Positions 1 through 9,215 of a stretch of 64,000 nucleotides of DNA are shown here, piece by piece. The stretch spans positions 18,035-82,034 of the forward strand of contig CAVQSI010000017.1 of NCBI GenBank assembly GCA_963715825.1, read 5' to 3'. The notes beneath the pieces were generated by a model that was not told where the DNA came from, did not search any database, and worked only from the letters and a program-made list of their open reading frames with translations. The stretch is from Ilumatobacteraceae bacterium (GTDB taxonomy: Bacteria > Actinomycetota > Acidimicrobiia > Acidimicrobiales > Ilumatobacteraceae). The position numbers and the translations under genes were made by a program. Numbering within the stretch: position 1 is the stretch's first letter; each line of letters begins with the position of its first letter.

Positions 1-59
1 ACGCGGCTCGAACAGGCCCTCGTCGACGCCGTCCTGCCGCCCACCACTGCCTGACCGCC

Positions 60-383
60 TCAGAAGCGGCGGTCGTTGGTCTTCTTCTTGGGCGGGGCCT
101 TGAACGGCGCTTCGATCAGCGTCTCGAACTGCTGATCGTCGGGTTGCTTCGGGTCGTTGAGGTTCTGCAGGTACTTCTTGATCGCCGCACGCGCCGGTGC
201 GACGTGGGCGCCCTTGAGTCCGACCGAGCGGGTCATTGCATCCTTGGCCTTGGCGACGCGCTCCTTGCGGGCCGCCTTCTCCTCGTCGGAGTAGGTCTTC
301 TGCACCTTGTTGGCTCGCGCCTCCTCGGCCGCCTTGCGGTCGGCTTCAGCTTGCTGGAGGGGTGTGAGTTTGGCCTGCGCCAT
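60..383 (-). CDS. small Lys/Ala/Glu-rich hypothetical protein (107 aa)
   Basis: Complete ATG ORF. An AAGGAAA Shine-Dalgarno-like motif lies about 8-10 nt upstream (reverse complement of 391-400). Composition is sensible compared with the Arg-rich overlapping frames. No family recognised. Confidence 0.55.
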   Translation of the reverse strand: MAQAKLTPLQQAEADRKAAEEARANKVQKTYSDEEKAARKERVAKAKDAMTRSVGLKGAHVAPARAAIKKYLQNLNDPKQPDDQQFETLIEAPFKAPPKKKTNDRRF

Positions 384-546
384 GAGTCGTTTTCCTTCTG
401 ATCGGTTGGGACCGAGAGGGTACCGGCCATCGACGCTCGCCGCCGAGGCACTGACACCGGCTGTACCGCTGGGTGTTCGGCATCGACGCCGAGCCGATCG
501 GTCTCGACGAGTCAGCCGTCACCACCGGAGTTACGATCACCAACAA

Positions 547-1134
547 GTGACCGACGACGCCCGCCCCTTCGATCCGCCCGACCCGGCGCTGCGAGCCGGG
601 ATCGAGCCGCACGAACGAGTGATCTCCGATCCCGATGCGCCGGTCATCATCGGTGTGTCGTTCGATCGTCAGGTGGTCGCCCAGCAGTATCTGCTGGCGA
701 TGGGAGGCCTGAAGGAGACCGGGGCGCTCGACCTGCAGGACGCCGTCGTGGTCACCAAGTCCCTCGACGGCGCGGTGAAGGTGGTCGAGACGATCGACCC
801 CACGCCGGGACGTGCGGCGCTGAACGGTGCGATGTGGACGAGCCTGCTCGGCCTGGTACTCGGCGGCCCGGTCGGCTGGGTCGCCGGACTGGGCATCGGC
901 GCGGCGTCCGGCGCGGTCACTGCGAAGATCGTCGACCTCGGCATTCCCGACGAGTGGGTGGCCTGGTTCCGAGAAGCCGTCGAGCCGGGAACGTCGACGG
1001 TCGTCATCCTGGCCGAACACGTGCACGTACCGGCGTTGGCCGAGGAAGCCCGCCGGTTCGCCGGCGCCGAACTGCTGTACACCTCGATGCCCGACCACGC
1101 GTACGAACAACTCCGCGCGGCGCTCGAAACCTGA
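547..1134 (+). CDS. DUF1269-like membrane protein
   Basis: The C-terminal 190 aa of ORF 307..1134 look real: VIIGVSFDRQVVAQQYLLAMGGLKETGALDLQDAVVVTKSLDGAVKVVETIDP followed by a Gly-rich TM segment. The Arg-rich N-terminal part of the track ORF was discarded. Start is taken at the in-frame GTG at 547; GTG 619 is an alternative. Confidence 0.65.
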   Translation: MTDDARPFDPPDPALRAGIEPHERVISDPDAPVIIGVSFDRQVVAQQYLLAMGGLKETGALDLQDAVVVTKSLDGAVKVVETIDPTPGRAALNGAMWTSLLGLVLGGPVGWVAGLGIGAASGAVTAKIVDLGIPDEWVAWFREAVEPGTSTVVILAEHVHVPALAEEARRFAGAELLYTSMPDHAYEQLRAALET

Positions 1135-1147
1135 TGCAGCGACCGGT

Positions 1148-2560
1148 TCACCGGGCGGCGGGCGGAGGCTCGTAGCCACCGAGCACCTCGGCCAGGCACC
1201 GGGAGAATGCCAGCGCGGTGCGGTCGTGCAGGTACGGCGCCACCACCTGGATGCCGACCGGCAGACCGCCGGCAGTTCGGCCGATCGGTGGAACGGTCAC
1301 CGGCAGGTAGGCGCTGCCGATGAGCGCGCTCCAGCCGATCAGGTCGCTGTAGTGACGGTCGCCGTGGTCGGCGAGTGTGGCGTGCGCCCAGTTCGGACCC
1401 TCTGGTGCGTGGACGTGCCGGAACGGCGGTACCACGGTGACCGGACACAGCAGGATGTCGATGTCGTCGAAGAACTCGGCCCAGCGCCGTCGGGTGTCGC
1501 CGCGGCGACGGTGCAGCACGTCCCAATCACGATGATCGAGCGCACGTCCGGCCGCACTCGCTGCAGCGTGCTCGTGGTCGCTGTCGGAGATCGCCGTGGC
1601 CGCGGCGATCAGGATGAGGCCCTCGAGGGCGGCAACGCGCGGATCGATCTCCGGCCGGCGGTCGTGATCGATGCGGGCCCCAGCACGTTCCAACGCCTCG
1701 ACGGCGGCGGCCATCACGTCTCGAACCGCCGGATCGACCGGGACGAAGTCGTCGTCGAGCCAGGCTGCGACGCGAAAAGCGCCGAGTTCGGTCGCCCTTG
1801 GTGCGGGGAGGTCGAGGCGCCACGCCGGCGCATCGTCTGGGCCCGGACCAGCGAGCACACCGAGCAGGAGTTCGAGGTCGTCGACGGAACGGGCAATCGG
1901 GCCGAACACGTTGACGTCGGCGACGTTGCGGTGCGAGCTCGGGTTGTCGAGGTAGCCGAAGGTGGGGATGATCCCGAAGCTCGGCTTGTGGCCGTACACG
2001 CCGCAGAACGACGACGGCACCCGGATCGAGCCGCCGATGTCGGTGCCGACCTCGAAGCCGGTGAACCCCATCGCCACAGCGGCGGCGGGACCGCCGGAGG
2101 AGCCGCCGGGTGTGCGTTCGAGATCCCACGGGTTGTTCGTCGTGCCGAACATCTCGTTGGTGGTCTGGTAGTCGCCGGACCAGCGCGGCACGTTGGTCTT
2201 GCCGAACACGACGGCGCCGGCGGAGCGGATGGCCTCCACGACGGTGGCGTCGTCGTCGGGGACGTGGTCACGCAGTTCGACAGCGCCGCCCGTCGAGCGG
2301 ATACCGGCGGTCGCGATGGCGTCCTTCACGGTCACCGGCACGCCGGCGAGCGGCCCGACGGGTGAGCCTGCAGCGCGAGCGTCGTCGATGGCTGCCGCTT
2401 CGGCATGCGCCCGCTCGGGTTCGAGCGTCACCACGGCGTTGATTGCGCCGTCGAGCGCGTCGATGCGGTCGAGGTGGAGTTCCAGCAGTTCGGCCGCCGA
2501 GATCTCGCGCGCTTCGAGCGCAGCGACGAGTTCGACGAGCGACGACGTGGGGTGGATCAT
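1148..2560 (-). CDS. amidase (amidase-signature family)
   Basis: Carries the amidase-signature motifs GVPVTVKD, GGSSGGPAAAVA and GTDIGGSIRVPSSFCGVYGHKPSFG. Start is at MIHPTSS (Met45 of the track ORF), which removes an implausible Pro/Ser/Cys-rich leader. Confidence 0.9.
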   Translation of the reverse strand: MIHPTSSLVELVAALEAREISAAELLELHLDRIDALDGAINAVVTLEPERAHAEAAAIDDARAAGSPVGPLAGVPVTVKDAIATAGIRSTGGAVELRDHVPDDDATVVEAIRSAGAVVFGKTNVPRWSGDYQTTNEMFGTTNNPWDLERTPGGSSGGPAAAVAMGFTGFEVGTDIGGSIRVPSSFCGVYGHKPSFGIIPTFGYLDNPSSHRNVADVNVFGPIARSVDDLELLLGVLAGPGPDDAPAWRLDLPAPRATELGAFRVAAWLDDDFVPVDPAVRDVMAAAVEALERAGARIDHDRRPEIDPRVAALEGLILIAAATAISDSDHEHAAASAAGRALDHRDWDVLHRRRGDTRRRWAEFFDDIDILLCPVTVVPPFRHVHAPEGPNWAHATLADHGDRHYSDLIGWSALIGSAYLPVTVPPIGRTAGGLPVGIQVVAPYLHDRTALAFSRCLAEVLGGYEPPPAAR

Positions 2561-2603
2561 GTCCCCATCAGAGCAGACCGGGATGAACCGGTCGACCAGC
2601 CGG

Positions 2604-3011
2604 TCAGGCGGCGGCGCTGCGCCGGACGGCGCCGTCGAGCACGACTCGCGAGAACTTGGGACACACGTCGAGCACGGTGGCGAACTCGGCACGGTTCAGC
2701 ACGTAGACGCTCGAGTCGACCGTGGCGGTCACCGATGCGGTGCGCGGCTTGAGGGTCAGCAGTGCCAGCTCACCGATCACGCCGCCGGGCCCGACGGGGA
2801 TCGTGTGGTCGCCGAGGTTCACGCCGAACTCACCGTCGATCACCACGAAACACTCGCGACCGAACTGGTCGAGATGCATGATCTCCTCGCCGGCGCTGAT
2901 GTACAGCGTGGTCGCAAGACGATCGAGCTGCTCGAGCTCGCCGATTGGAACGGTCACCGCCAGTTCGCTGGCGAGCAGTGATGCGTGGAGCGTGCGCTTG
3001 CGGGTGAACAT
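2604..3011 (-). CDS. cyclic-nucleotide-binding domain protein (no HTH)
   Basis: cNMP-binding beta-barrel pattern: FVVIDGEF...GPGGVIGELALLT..PRTASVTA...VYVLNRAEF. ATG at 3009-3011 is preceded by AGGAA. The GTG at 3032 abuts a hairpin and is less likely. Confidence 0.7.
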   Translation of the reverse strand: MFTRKRTLHASLLASELAVTVPIGELEQLDRLATTLYISAGEEIMHLDQFGRECFVVIDGEFGVNLGDHTIPVGPGGVIGELALLTLKPRTASVTATVDSSVYVLNRAEFATVLDVCPKFSRVVLDGAVRRSAAA

Positions 3012-3188
3012 GTCGTTCCTGGTTCTCTGCACGCGGATTCGGGGGGCGAATCCGCTGATGGTGTTCGTGGCGCCGTTGAGGCCGATTGGTGCAACCTCAT
3101 CATCGGTACACCATTCCCATCAGCCGCATAGATCGATCAGATATCGATCATCTCCACCAGCGATCGCGTCACCGCTCCGCCCACGGGA

Positions 3189-4127
3189 TCAGCGGGCGAG
3201 GAGGCGTGTGACGTCGGCCAGCAGGCCGACCTCGGTGTCACGGTCGGGCCCACACGGCGTGAGGTTCAGCGTCATCGCACCGGCCGATACATAGGGGGCG
3301 AGGAACTCGGCGACGTCGGCGGCCGAGCCGTAGGGCGTGTACCGCTCGAATCGATCGAAGCTGATCCCGTAGAACCCCTCCATCGCCGCGGCCACGTGCG
3401 CACGAGCCTTTTCGCGAGACGCGTCGAGCCCCACCCACACCTGCAGTCCGTGCCGCCAAGCGACGTTGCGAGCGACCCCGATCTCCTCCGCCATCGCCGT
3501 GCCTGCTGCGAAGCGGGTCGGCGAACACCACGCCGCGAGCCAGCCGTCGCCGAGCAGTCCCGCCCGTCGCACCGCTGCGTCGCTGCGACCACCCACGAGC
3601 AACGGCACCGCCGGGTCGGGCCGAGGCCGAATGACCCCGCCGGTGAACTCGAAGAACTCACCATCGCCGTCGACCGTGTCGCCGGCGAGCAACGAACGCA
3701 CGAGTTCGAGTGCCACATCGGTGCGCCGTCCGCGAGTGGACGGATCGATCTCGCACACCTCGATCTCGCGGCGATCCTCCCCACCGACGCCCACACCGAC
3801 GCTGAGCCGACCGGGCGCCGCCTCGGCGAGCGAAGCGATCTGACGAGCCGCGATCATGGGGTGGCGCAGCGCCAGCAGATACACACCGACCTGCAACCCC
3901 AGGCGTGGCTCGAGACCGCTCATCGCAGCGAGGTGAATCAACCCGTCGATGCCGCTGCCGTCGTGGAAGCTCACGTGGTCTGCGGTGAAGACGTGGTCGA
4001 TGCCGGCATCGGCGATGGCAGCCAGGAGACGTCGCTGCTCGTCGTGCGGCAGACGCCAGAGCCCCGTCGGCGTCGAGATCCCGACGTGCAGCGCCGCCAT
4101 CGCCGTCGCTCCCCCATCGGTGGCCAT
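3189..4127 (-). CDS. LLM-class (luciferase-like) flavin/F420-dependent oxidoreductase
   Basis: Only the C-terminal 312 aa of ORF 3189..4829 are protein-like (ADHVSF, GRLSVGVGVGG, LLVGGRSDAAVRRAGLLGDGW). The ATG at 4125-4127 overlaps the stop of the upstream dehydrogenase (ATGA). Confidence 0.8.
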   Translation of the reverse strand: MATDGGATAMAALHVGISTPTGLWRLPHDEQRRLLAAIADAGIDHVFTADHVSFHDGSGIDGLIHLAAMSGLEPRLGLQVGVYLLALRHPMIAARQIASLAEAAPGRLSVGVGVGGEDRREIEVCEIDPSTRGRRTDVALELVRSLLAGDTVDGDGEFFEFTGGVIRPRPDPAVPLLVGGRSDAAVRRAGLLGDGWLAAWCSPTRFAAGTAMAEEIGVARNVAWRHGLQVWVGLDASREKARAHVAAAMEGFYGISFDRFERYTPYGSAADVAEFLAPYVSAGAMTLNLTPCGPDRDTEVGLLADVTRLLAR

Positions 4128-5068
4128 CAGGGCTCGAGGATCACCTTGATCGCGCCGGCCGAGCGGCTCGCCGCCGCCTCGAACGCGTCGACGGCACCAT
4201 CGAGCGCGAAGCGATGCGTGACGACCGTGGCCGCGAACTCCGGTGTGGCCGCCAACAGCGCGGCTGCGTTGTCGACGTCGCGACCGCCGGCGTGGCGCCC
4301 GTACAGCGTCGTCGGGCACAGGCTGACCTGCTTGAGACACATCGCCAGTCCCGGCATGGCGACCGGCCCCCAGTAGATCCCCGGGATCACGACCTGCGCC
4401 GACGGCTTGGCCACGCGGACGGCCTGCGCCAACGCACTCTCCGAACCGGCAGCCTCGATGACCACGTCGTACTCGCCCGAGATCTCCGATGCACCGAGCC
4501 GCTCCCCCGCCGCACGTTGGTGGTCGTGGCGTGCCGCCAACGCCACCTCGCACCCGAGCGCACGCCCGACCGCCACCGCACAGAGCCCGATCGTGCCACC
4601 ACCGATGACCGCGACGCGATGGTCGGACCGTACCGCAGCACGACGGAACGAGTGCACGACGACCGCCAGCGGCTCGACGAGCGATGCATCGCGAACGTCG
4701 ACGCCAGCGGGCAACGGCACGAGCGACCGGGCCGGCACCCACATCTCGTCGGCCATCCCGCCGTCGCGGCCGATGCCGAACAGCATCGCTCCGCCGGTGC
4801 GGCACAGGTTGTACTCGCCGTCGAGACATGGCCCGCAGGTCCCGCAGGGTGCCAGCGGCTCGACCGCGACCGGGGTGCCGTCGTCGGTCACGCCGGCGAT
4901 CTCGTGGCCCAGCGTCACCTGCGCCGCCTCGATCACACCTGCTTCGATCAGATGGAGATCCGACCCGCAGATCCCGGCCGACCGCACACGAACCCGCACG
5001 CCGACGCCGTCGGACGCCGGGACATCGTCGACCGCGACCTGTCCATCGTGAACCCGAACGGCACGCAT
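4127..5068 (-). CDS. zinc-dependent alcohol dehydrogenase family (MDR) protein
   Basis: This is the last 313 codons of the 1077-aa track ORF. Motifs: GICGSDLH, GHEIAG, Cys4 structural-zinc motif CGTCGPCLDGEYNLC, and Rossmann VIGGGTIGL. Starts MRAVRVHDG. Confidence 0.9.
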   Translation of the reverse strand: MRAVRVHDGQVAVDDVPASDGVGVRVRVRSAGICGSDLHLIEAGVIEAAQVTLGHEIAGVTDDGTPVAVEPLAPCGTCGPCLDGEYNLCRTGGAMLFGIGRDGGMADEMWVPARSLVPLPAGVDVRDASLVEPLAVVVHSFRRAAVRSDHRVAVIGGGTIGLCAVAVGRALGCEVALAARHDHQRAAGERLGASEISGEYDVVIEAAGSESALAQAVRVAKPSAQVVIPGIYWGPVAMPGLAMCLKQVSLCPTTLYGRHAGGRDVDNAAALLAATPEFAATVVTHRFALDGAVDAFEAAASRSAGAIKVILEP

Positions 5069-5181
5069 GTCCGAACCGTAGCGGTGACGAGGTTGCGGTG
5101 TTCGACCCTCGGCCACCCGCCTGACAGCGAACCGGATGACGTGATCGATCTCCGGCCTCGCTCGATCGCGAGTGAGGCCGA

Positions 5182-5742
5182 CTACTTCGACAGGCCGCGC
5201 AGCTGGAATGCTGACACGCAGAGGAACAGCCCGAACACGATCAGGTAGAGGCCCGAGATCCAGGCGATGACGGTCACCGTCGGCGCCGGCCAGGCAACCA
5301 CGACGATGCCCGCCGCGATCGACAGCAACCCACCGAACACGCCGAGCCAGCGATGGTCGCGACTGCCGTCGGCGATCGACCCGATGACCTCGATGATCCC
5401 GCCGATGATCCAGACCACGCCGAGCAGGACCGCAAGGACTGCGACGGTCTCGAACGGATTGCGCAGCACGACGATGCCGATGATGATCCCGAGGATCCCG
5501 ACGAAGCCGGTCCACCCTGGCGACGTCGTGTCGTGGGAGAACGCCGTGACGAGTCGGTAGATCCCGTAGATCAGGATCTGCAGGCCGATCAGGACCGAGA
5601 TCACCGTGAGGGTCTCTTGCGGCCACGAGATCACGACGACGCCGAGCGCCACCGTGATCAGACCCATCACGAAGACCGCCGGCCACTCTCGTGCCAATCG
5701 CAGACCCTCCAGGCCGGTGCCCGATTCCGTCATGTTGCTCAT
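5182..5742 (-). CDS. HdeD/DUF308-family membrane protein
   Basis: 186 aa with six hydrophobic helices and repeated G-I-I-x-I-V/LRNP-type DUF308 segments. A GAGGGGA ribosome-binding motif lies upstream of ATG 5742. Confidence 0.75.
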   Translation of the reverse strand: MSNMTESGTGLEGLRLAREWPAVFVMGLITVALGVVVISWPQETLTVISVLIGLQILIYGIYRLVTAFSHDTTSPGWTGFVGILGIIIGIVVLRNPFETVAVLAVLLGVVWIIGGIIEVIGSIADGSRDHRWLGVFGGLLSIAAGIVVVAWPAPTVTVIAWISGLYLIVFGLFLCVSAFQLRGLSK

Positions 5743-5917
5743 GTTCGTGTCCCCTCGTTGTCGTTGGCGGCGAAACTACCGGTCGGAATCGAGCGTTCGG
5801 CGGATGGCGCGCACCCGTGCCGATGCCGCTCGATCCACCCCCAACAGGCGAAACCACGAATGACAAGCCCACGACCTCGACGGGTGTACGTTCACGAAAT
5901 GCACGAACGGCATCTCG

Positions 5918-7645
5918 ATGGTTGACAAGAAGCCGGACGGAGCCGGCCGGCGAATCGCCGTGCTGCAAGGGCTGCTCCCGCTGGATCGCAAGGGCATCCC
6001 GACCGACATCATCGCCGGCGTCACGCTGGCCGCCCTGGCCATCCCCGAAGTGATGGGGTACACATCGATCGCCGGGATGCCGGTGATCACCGGGCTCTAC
6101 ACGATCCTCATCCCGCTGCTGCTGTTCGCCCTGTTGGGGTCGTCGCGGCACCTGGTCGTGGGCGCCGACTCGGCGACGGCGGCAGTGCTCGCGGCAGGCC
6201 TGGCCGGGCTCGCCACCGCTCAGTCGGATCAGTACGTTGCGCTCGCCGGCATGGTGGCGCTGATGGCCGCCGGGCTGTTGATCATCGCTCGGCTCGTCGG
6301 CCTTGGGTTCCTGGCCGACTTCATGTCGCGCACGGTGCTGATCGGTTTCCTGACCGGCGTCGGGATCCAGGTCGCAATCGGTCAGATCGCCGGCATGCTC
6401 GGCGTGTCGAGCGGCGACGGTGTCACGATCGGCGGGCGCACGTTCGACAACACGGTGGCCAAGCTGTGGGGAACACTCGAGAATCTCGGCGACATCAGCT
6501 GGACCACGGTGGCCGTCTCCGCTGGCGTGATGATCGTGATCCTCGGTGGCAAGGCCATCTCGCCCAAGATTCCCGGGGCGCTCATCGCCGTGCTCGGCTC
6601 GATGTTCATCAGCTGGCAGTTCGACCTGGCCGACGATGGCGTGGCGACGCTCGGCAAGGTGCCGAGCGGACTTCCGAGCCTCGAGTTCCCGTCGGTGCCG
6701 TGGGGTGACGTGCCGGCGCTGTTGGGAACCGCGGTGTCGATCTTCGTCCTGATCCTGGCGCAGAGCGCCGCGACGTCGCGCGCCTACGCCGCGAAGTACA
6801 GCGACAAGTTCGACGAGAACGTGGATCTCGTCGGCCTCGGCGCTGCGAACCTCGGCGCGGCCTTCACCGGAACGTTCGTGGTGAACGGCAGCCCGACGAA
6901 GACCCAGATGGTCGATGGCGCCGGCGGCAAGTCGCAGTTCGCCTCGGTGGTCACCGTGGCGATCGTCGCGATCGTGCTGCTCTGGCTCACGGCACCGCTG
7001 CAATACATGCCAGAAGCGGTGCTGTCGACGGTGGTGTTCCTGATCGGCATCGAGCTCGTCGACATTGCCGGCATGAAGCGGATCTGGAAGTTGCGACGCG
7101 ACGAGTTCGTCGTTGCGGCTATCACGGCCGGCACGGTCGTCCTCGTCGGTGTGTTGCAGGGCATCATCATCGCGATCGTGCTGTCGATCATCGACCACCT
7201 GCGACGCTCGTACCGCCCACCCACTGCCGTGCTCACGTCGCTGACCGGCGAGGGCGCCGACGACTGGGCGGCCGCCGATGTCTCGCCGGACGCTCGAACC
7301 GAGCCGGGTCTCGTCGTCTACCGGTTCTCGGCGCCGCTCTACTACGCCAATGCCGAGCACCTCAGCGAGGAACTGCTCGCCTTCGGCACCTCCGACGATC
7401 GGCCCGACTGGGTGTGTCTCTACGCAGCGGCCATACCCGACATCGATCTGTCGGGAGCGGACTCACTGCGTTCGGTGTACGCGAATCTGCAGGAACATGG
7501 CGTCACGCTCGTTCTGATCGAGGTGATGCCGGAGGTGCGGGTCGCACTCGACCGCTACGGACTCACGGAACTGATCGGCGCTGACTACATCTTCCCGACG
7601 GTTGCTGCGGCAGAGCACGCCTTCAGGGCCCGAGCCACGGCGTAG
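5918..7645 (+). CDS. SulP-family anion (sulfate/bicarbonate) permease with C-terminal STAS domain
   Basis: Has the SulP N-terminus DIIAGVTLAALAIPEVMGYTSIAGMPVITGLYT and about 11 TM segments. The C-terminal 130 aa are STAS-like (VVYRFSAPLYYANAEHL...LVLIEV). Confidence 0.9.
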   Translation: MVDKKPDGAGRRIAVLQGLLPLDRKGIPTDIIAGVTLAALAIPEVMGYTSIAGMPVITGLYTILIPLLLFALLGSSRHLVVGADSATAAVLAAGLAGLATAQSDQYVALAGMVALMAAGLLIIARLVGLGFLADFMSRTVLIGFLTGVGIQVAIGQIAGMLGVSSGDGVTIGGRTFDNTVAKLWGTLENLGDISWTTVAVSAGVMIVILGGKAISPKIPGALIAVLGSMFISWQFDLADDGVATLGKVPSGLPSLEFPSVPWGDVPALLGTAVSIFVLILAQSAATSRAYAAKYSDKFDENVDLVGLGAANLGAAFTGTFVVNGSPTKTQMVDGAGGKSQFASVVTVAIVAIVLLWLTAPLQYMPEAVLSTVVFLIGIELVDIAGMKRIWKLRRDEFVVAAITAGTVVLVGVLQGIIIAIVLSIIDHLRRSYRPPTAVLTSLTGEGADDWAAADVSPDARTEPGLVVYRFSAPLYYANAEHLSEELLAFGTSDDRPDWVCLYAAAIPDIDLSGADSLRSVYANLQEHGVTLVLIEVMPEVRVALDRYGLTELIGADYIFPTVAAAEHAFRARATA

Positions 7646-7654
7646 CCGGCAGCG

Positions 7655-9121
7655 TCACAGACCCCGGCGTACCTCGATACGGCCGGCGGCCTCGGCGGCG
7701 AGGAGAGCTTCATAGTCACGCTCGTTCTGGTCGGCGTACTGCTCGGCGAACTCGGCGATCGCCTTGTCGAACGTCAGGCCTGACCCGAGGTACGACGCGA
7801 TGGCGACACGGTCTCCGGATCGAGCATGCGCTCGTGCCAACGCCTTCCCACACATGCCGGCATAGACCGCAAGGCCATCGGCGTTCATCGCCTCGACGGC
7901 GGCGGACCCCTTCCAGTCGCGGAGCTGACGGAAGTAGTAGTCGCGCTTGGCCTCGTCGGTGCCGACGACCGATGTGTAGCCGAGGAAGATGTCGCTGGTC
8001 GCCTGCATGAGGTGCTGACCTTCGACGACTCGCCTGCCATTGGAGATGCGGCGTTTGGGGCCGACGAACGCCGTCAGCACCGATGCCTGCGCCTCCTTGG
8101 CCTGCAGGAAGAGCGGGTCGTTGCCATCGCGCCCCAGCAACAGCACGATCCACGCCCTGGTGCCGACACTGCCGACGCCCACCACTTTGCGGGCAGCGTC
8201 GACGATGTGGAATTCCTCGAGGAGGCGTCGCCGGTCACTCTGCAGACTCTCGCGGTACCTGACGAACATGTCGTGGATCGAGTCCTGTACCGCCTGCTGC
8301 TCCTCGGGAGCGAACAGCTCCGACACCGGCTCGATCAACGGAGGGTCGCTGATGATGACCGGCTCACCGTCGACGAGTCGCGTCAGCTTGTTGTAGGCCT
8401 GATGGCTGTCCTTTGTTCGAGCCTTCGCCACGGTGGCTTCTGCCCGTTTGATGGCCTTCGCCCCGAGATTGACATCGAGTTGGCCCAACAAGGCATCCAT
8501 GTCGATCGCTGAGTACCACACCTCGAGGTTGGTCATCTCGGCGAGCTCGGCCATCGACGTGCGGTACCCCTCGGCCGCAGCGAGCACCACCTTGGATCGG
8601 TCCTTGCCGCTGAACCTGTTGTCGCGCGCCGCGATCTCGACGCTCGCCGCCAAACGCTTGACGTCCCACTCGAACGGACCGGGAGCGGTCTCGTCGAAGT
8701 CGTTGATGTCGAAAACCATCCGTCGCTCAGGCGACCCGAACGCGCCGAAGTTCATCAGATGGGCATCGCCACACAGTTGAACGTTCAGACCCGAACGGGG
8801 CGTACCCGCAAGGTCGGACGCCATCACCAGCGCTGCCCCGCGGAAGAACGTGAACGGTGACACGAGCATGCGGCCGTAACGGATCGGAACGAGGTCGGCG
8901 ACGCGCGACACCGACTGGCTCTCGAGGAGCGCCACAGGATCGGGTCGCGCCGGCCCGCCCGAAAGCGCTGCGTGCGACGACCGCGGCACCTCGCGGCGCG
9001 CCGCCTTGCCACGAGCGACGCGCTCGGCCACGGTGAGGTGCGGCACCACGACACGGGTCCGGGTGGGCGGCTCGGGCAGCTTCGCGTCGCTGTTTCGGGT
9101 CGCTGCTGCAGTGGCGGTCAT
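7655..9121 (-). CDS. DUF2252 domain protein
   Basis: 488-aa ATG ORF containing PIRYGRMLVSPFTFFRGAALVMASDL...CGDAHLMNFG...FDINDFDET, which is characteristic of DUF2252. Confidence 0.8.
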   Translation of the reverse strand: MTATAAATRNSDAKLPEPPTRTRVVVPHLTVAERVARGKAARREVPRSSHAALSGGPARPDPVALLESQSVSRVADLVPIRYGRMLVSPFTFFRGAALVMASDLAGTPRSGLNVQLCGDAHLMNFGAFGSPERRMVFDINDFDETAPGPFEWDVKRLAASVEIAARDNRFSGKDRSKVVLAAAEGYRTSMAELAEMTNLEVWYSAIDMDALLGQLDVNLGAKAIKRAEATVAKARTKDSHQAYNKLTRLVDGEPVIISDPPLIEPVSELFAPEEQQAVQDSIHDMFVRYRESLQSDRRRLLEEFHIVDAARKVVGVGSVGTRAWIVLLLGRDGNDPLFLQAKEAQASVLTAFVGPKRRISNGRRVVEGQHLMQATSDIFLGYTSVVGTDEAKRDYYFRQLRDWKGSAAVEAMNADGLAVYAGMCGKALARAHARSGDRVAIASYLGSGLTFDKAIAEFAEQYADQNERDYEALLAAEAAGRIEVRRGL

Positions 9122-9215
9122 CGTGTCATCACGGCTGCGAAGTGTACGTCACACCGCCCGACGCCTCGTGCGCGATCTGCCCGGTTCGGCGACGAGCCGC
9201 ATACGGTCGCGAGGC

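Noticed and set aside
1-54. Possible 3' end of a plus-strand gene (…LEQALVDAVLPPTTA, stop at 52-54)
   Set aside because: Only 17 codons are visible, which is too short to support a call.
827-2365. 512-aa plus-strand ORF, with several shorter ORFs around it
   Set aside because: It is entirely antisense to the well-supported amidase gene. The translation is Arg/Ala/Gly/Pro-rich with no motifs, which is the typical shadow ORF of very GC-rich DNA.
3033-3055. 9-bp GC-rich hairpin gcggattcg-ggggg-cgaatccgc as an intrinsic terminator of the dehydrogenase/LLM operon
   Set aside because: The stem is real. However, it lies about 130 nt past the LLM stop, has no U-tract on the transcribed strand, and directly abuts the alternative GTG start of the next gene. 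Its function cannot be assigned from sequence.
4127-7360. 1077-aa minus-strand ORF taken as one gene
   Set aside because: Only the last 313 codons (a Zn-dehydrogenase) are protein-like. The upstream 760 codons are His/Arg/Asp/Gly-rich. They overlap the HdeD-like gene in another frame and run antisense to the SulP permease gene.
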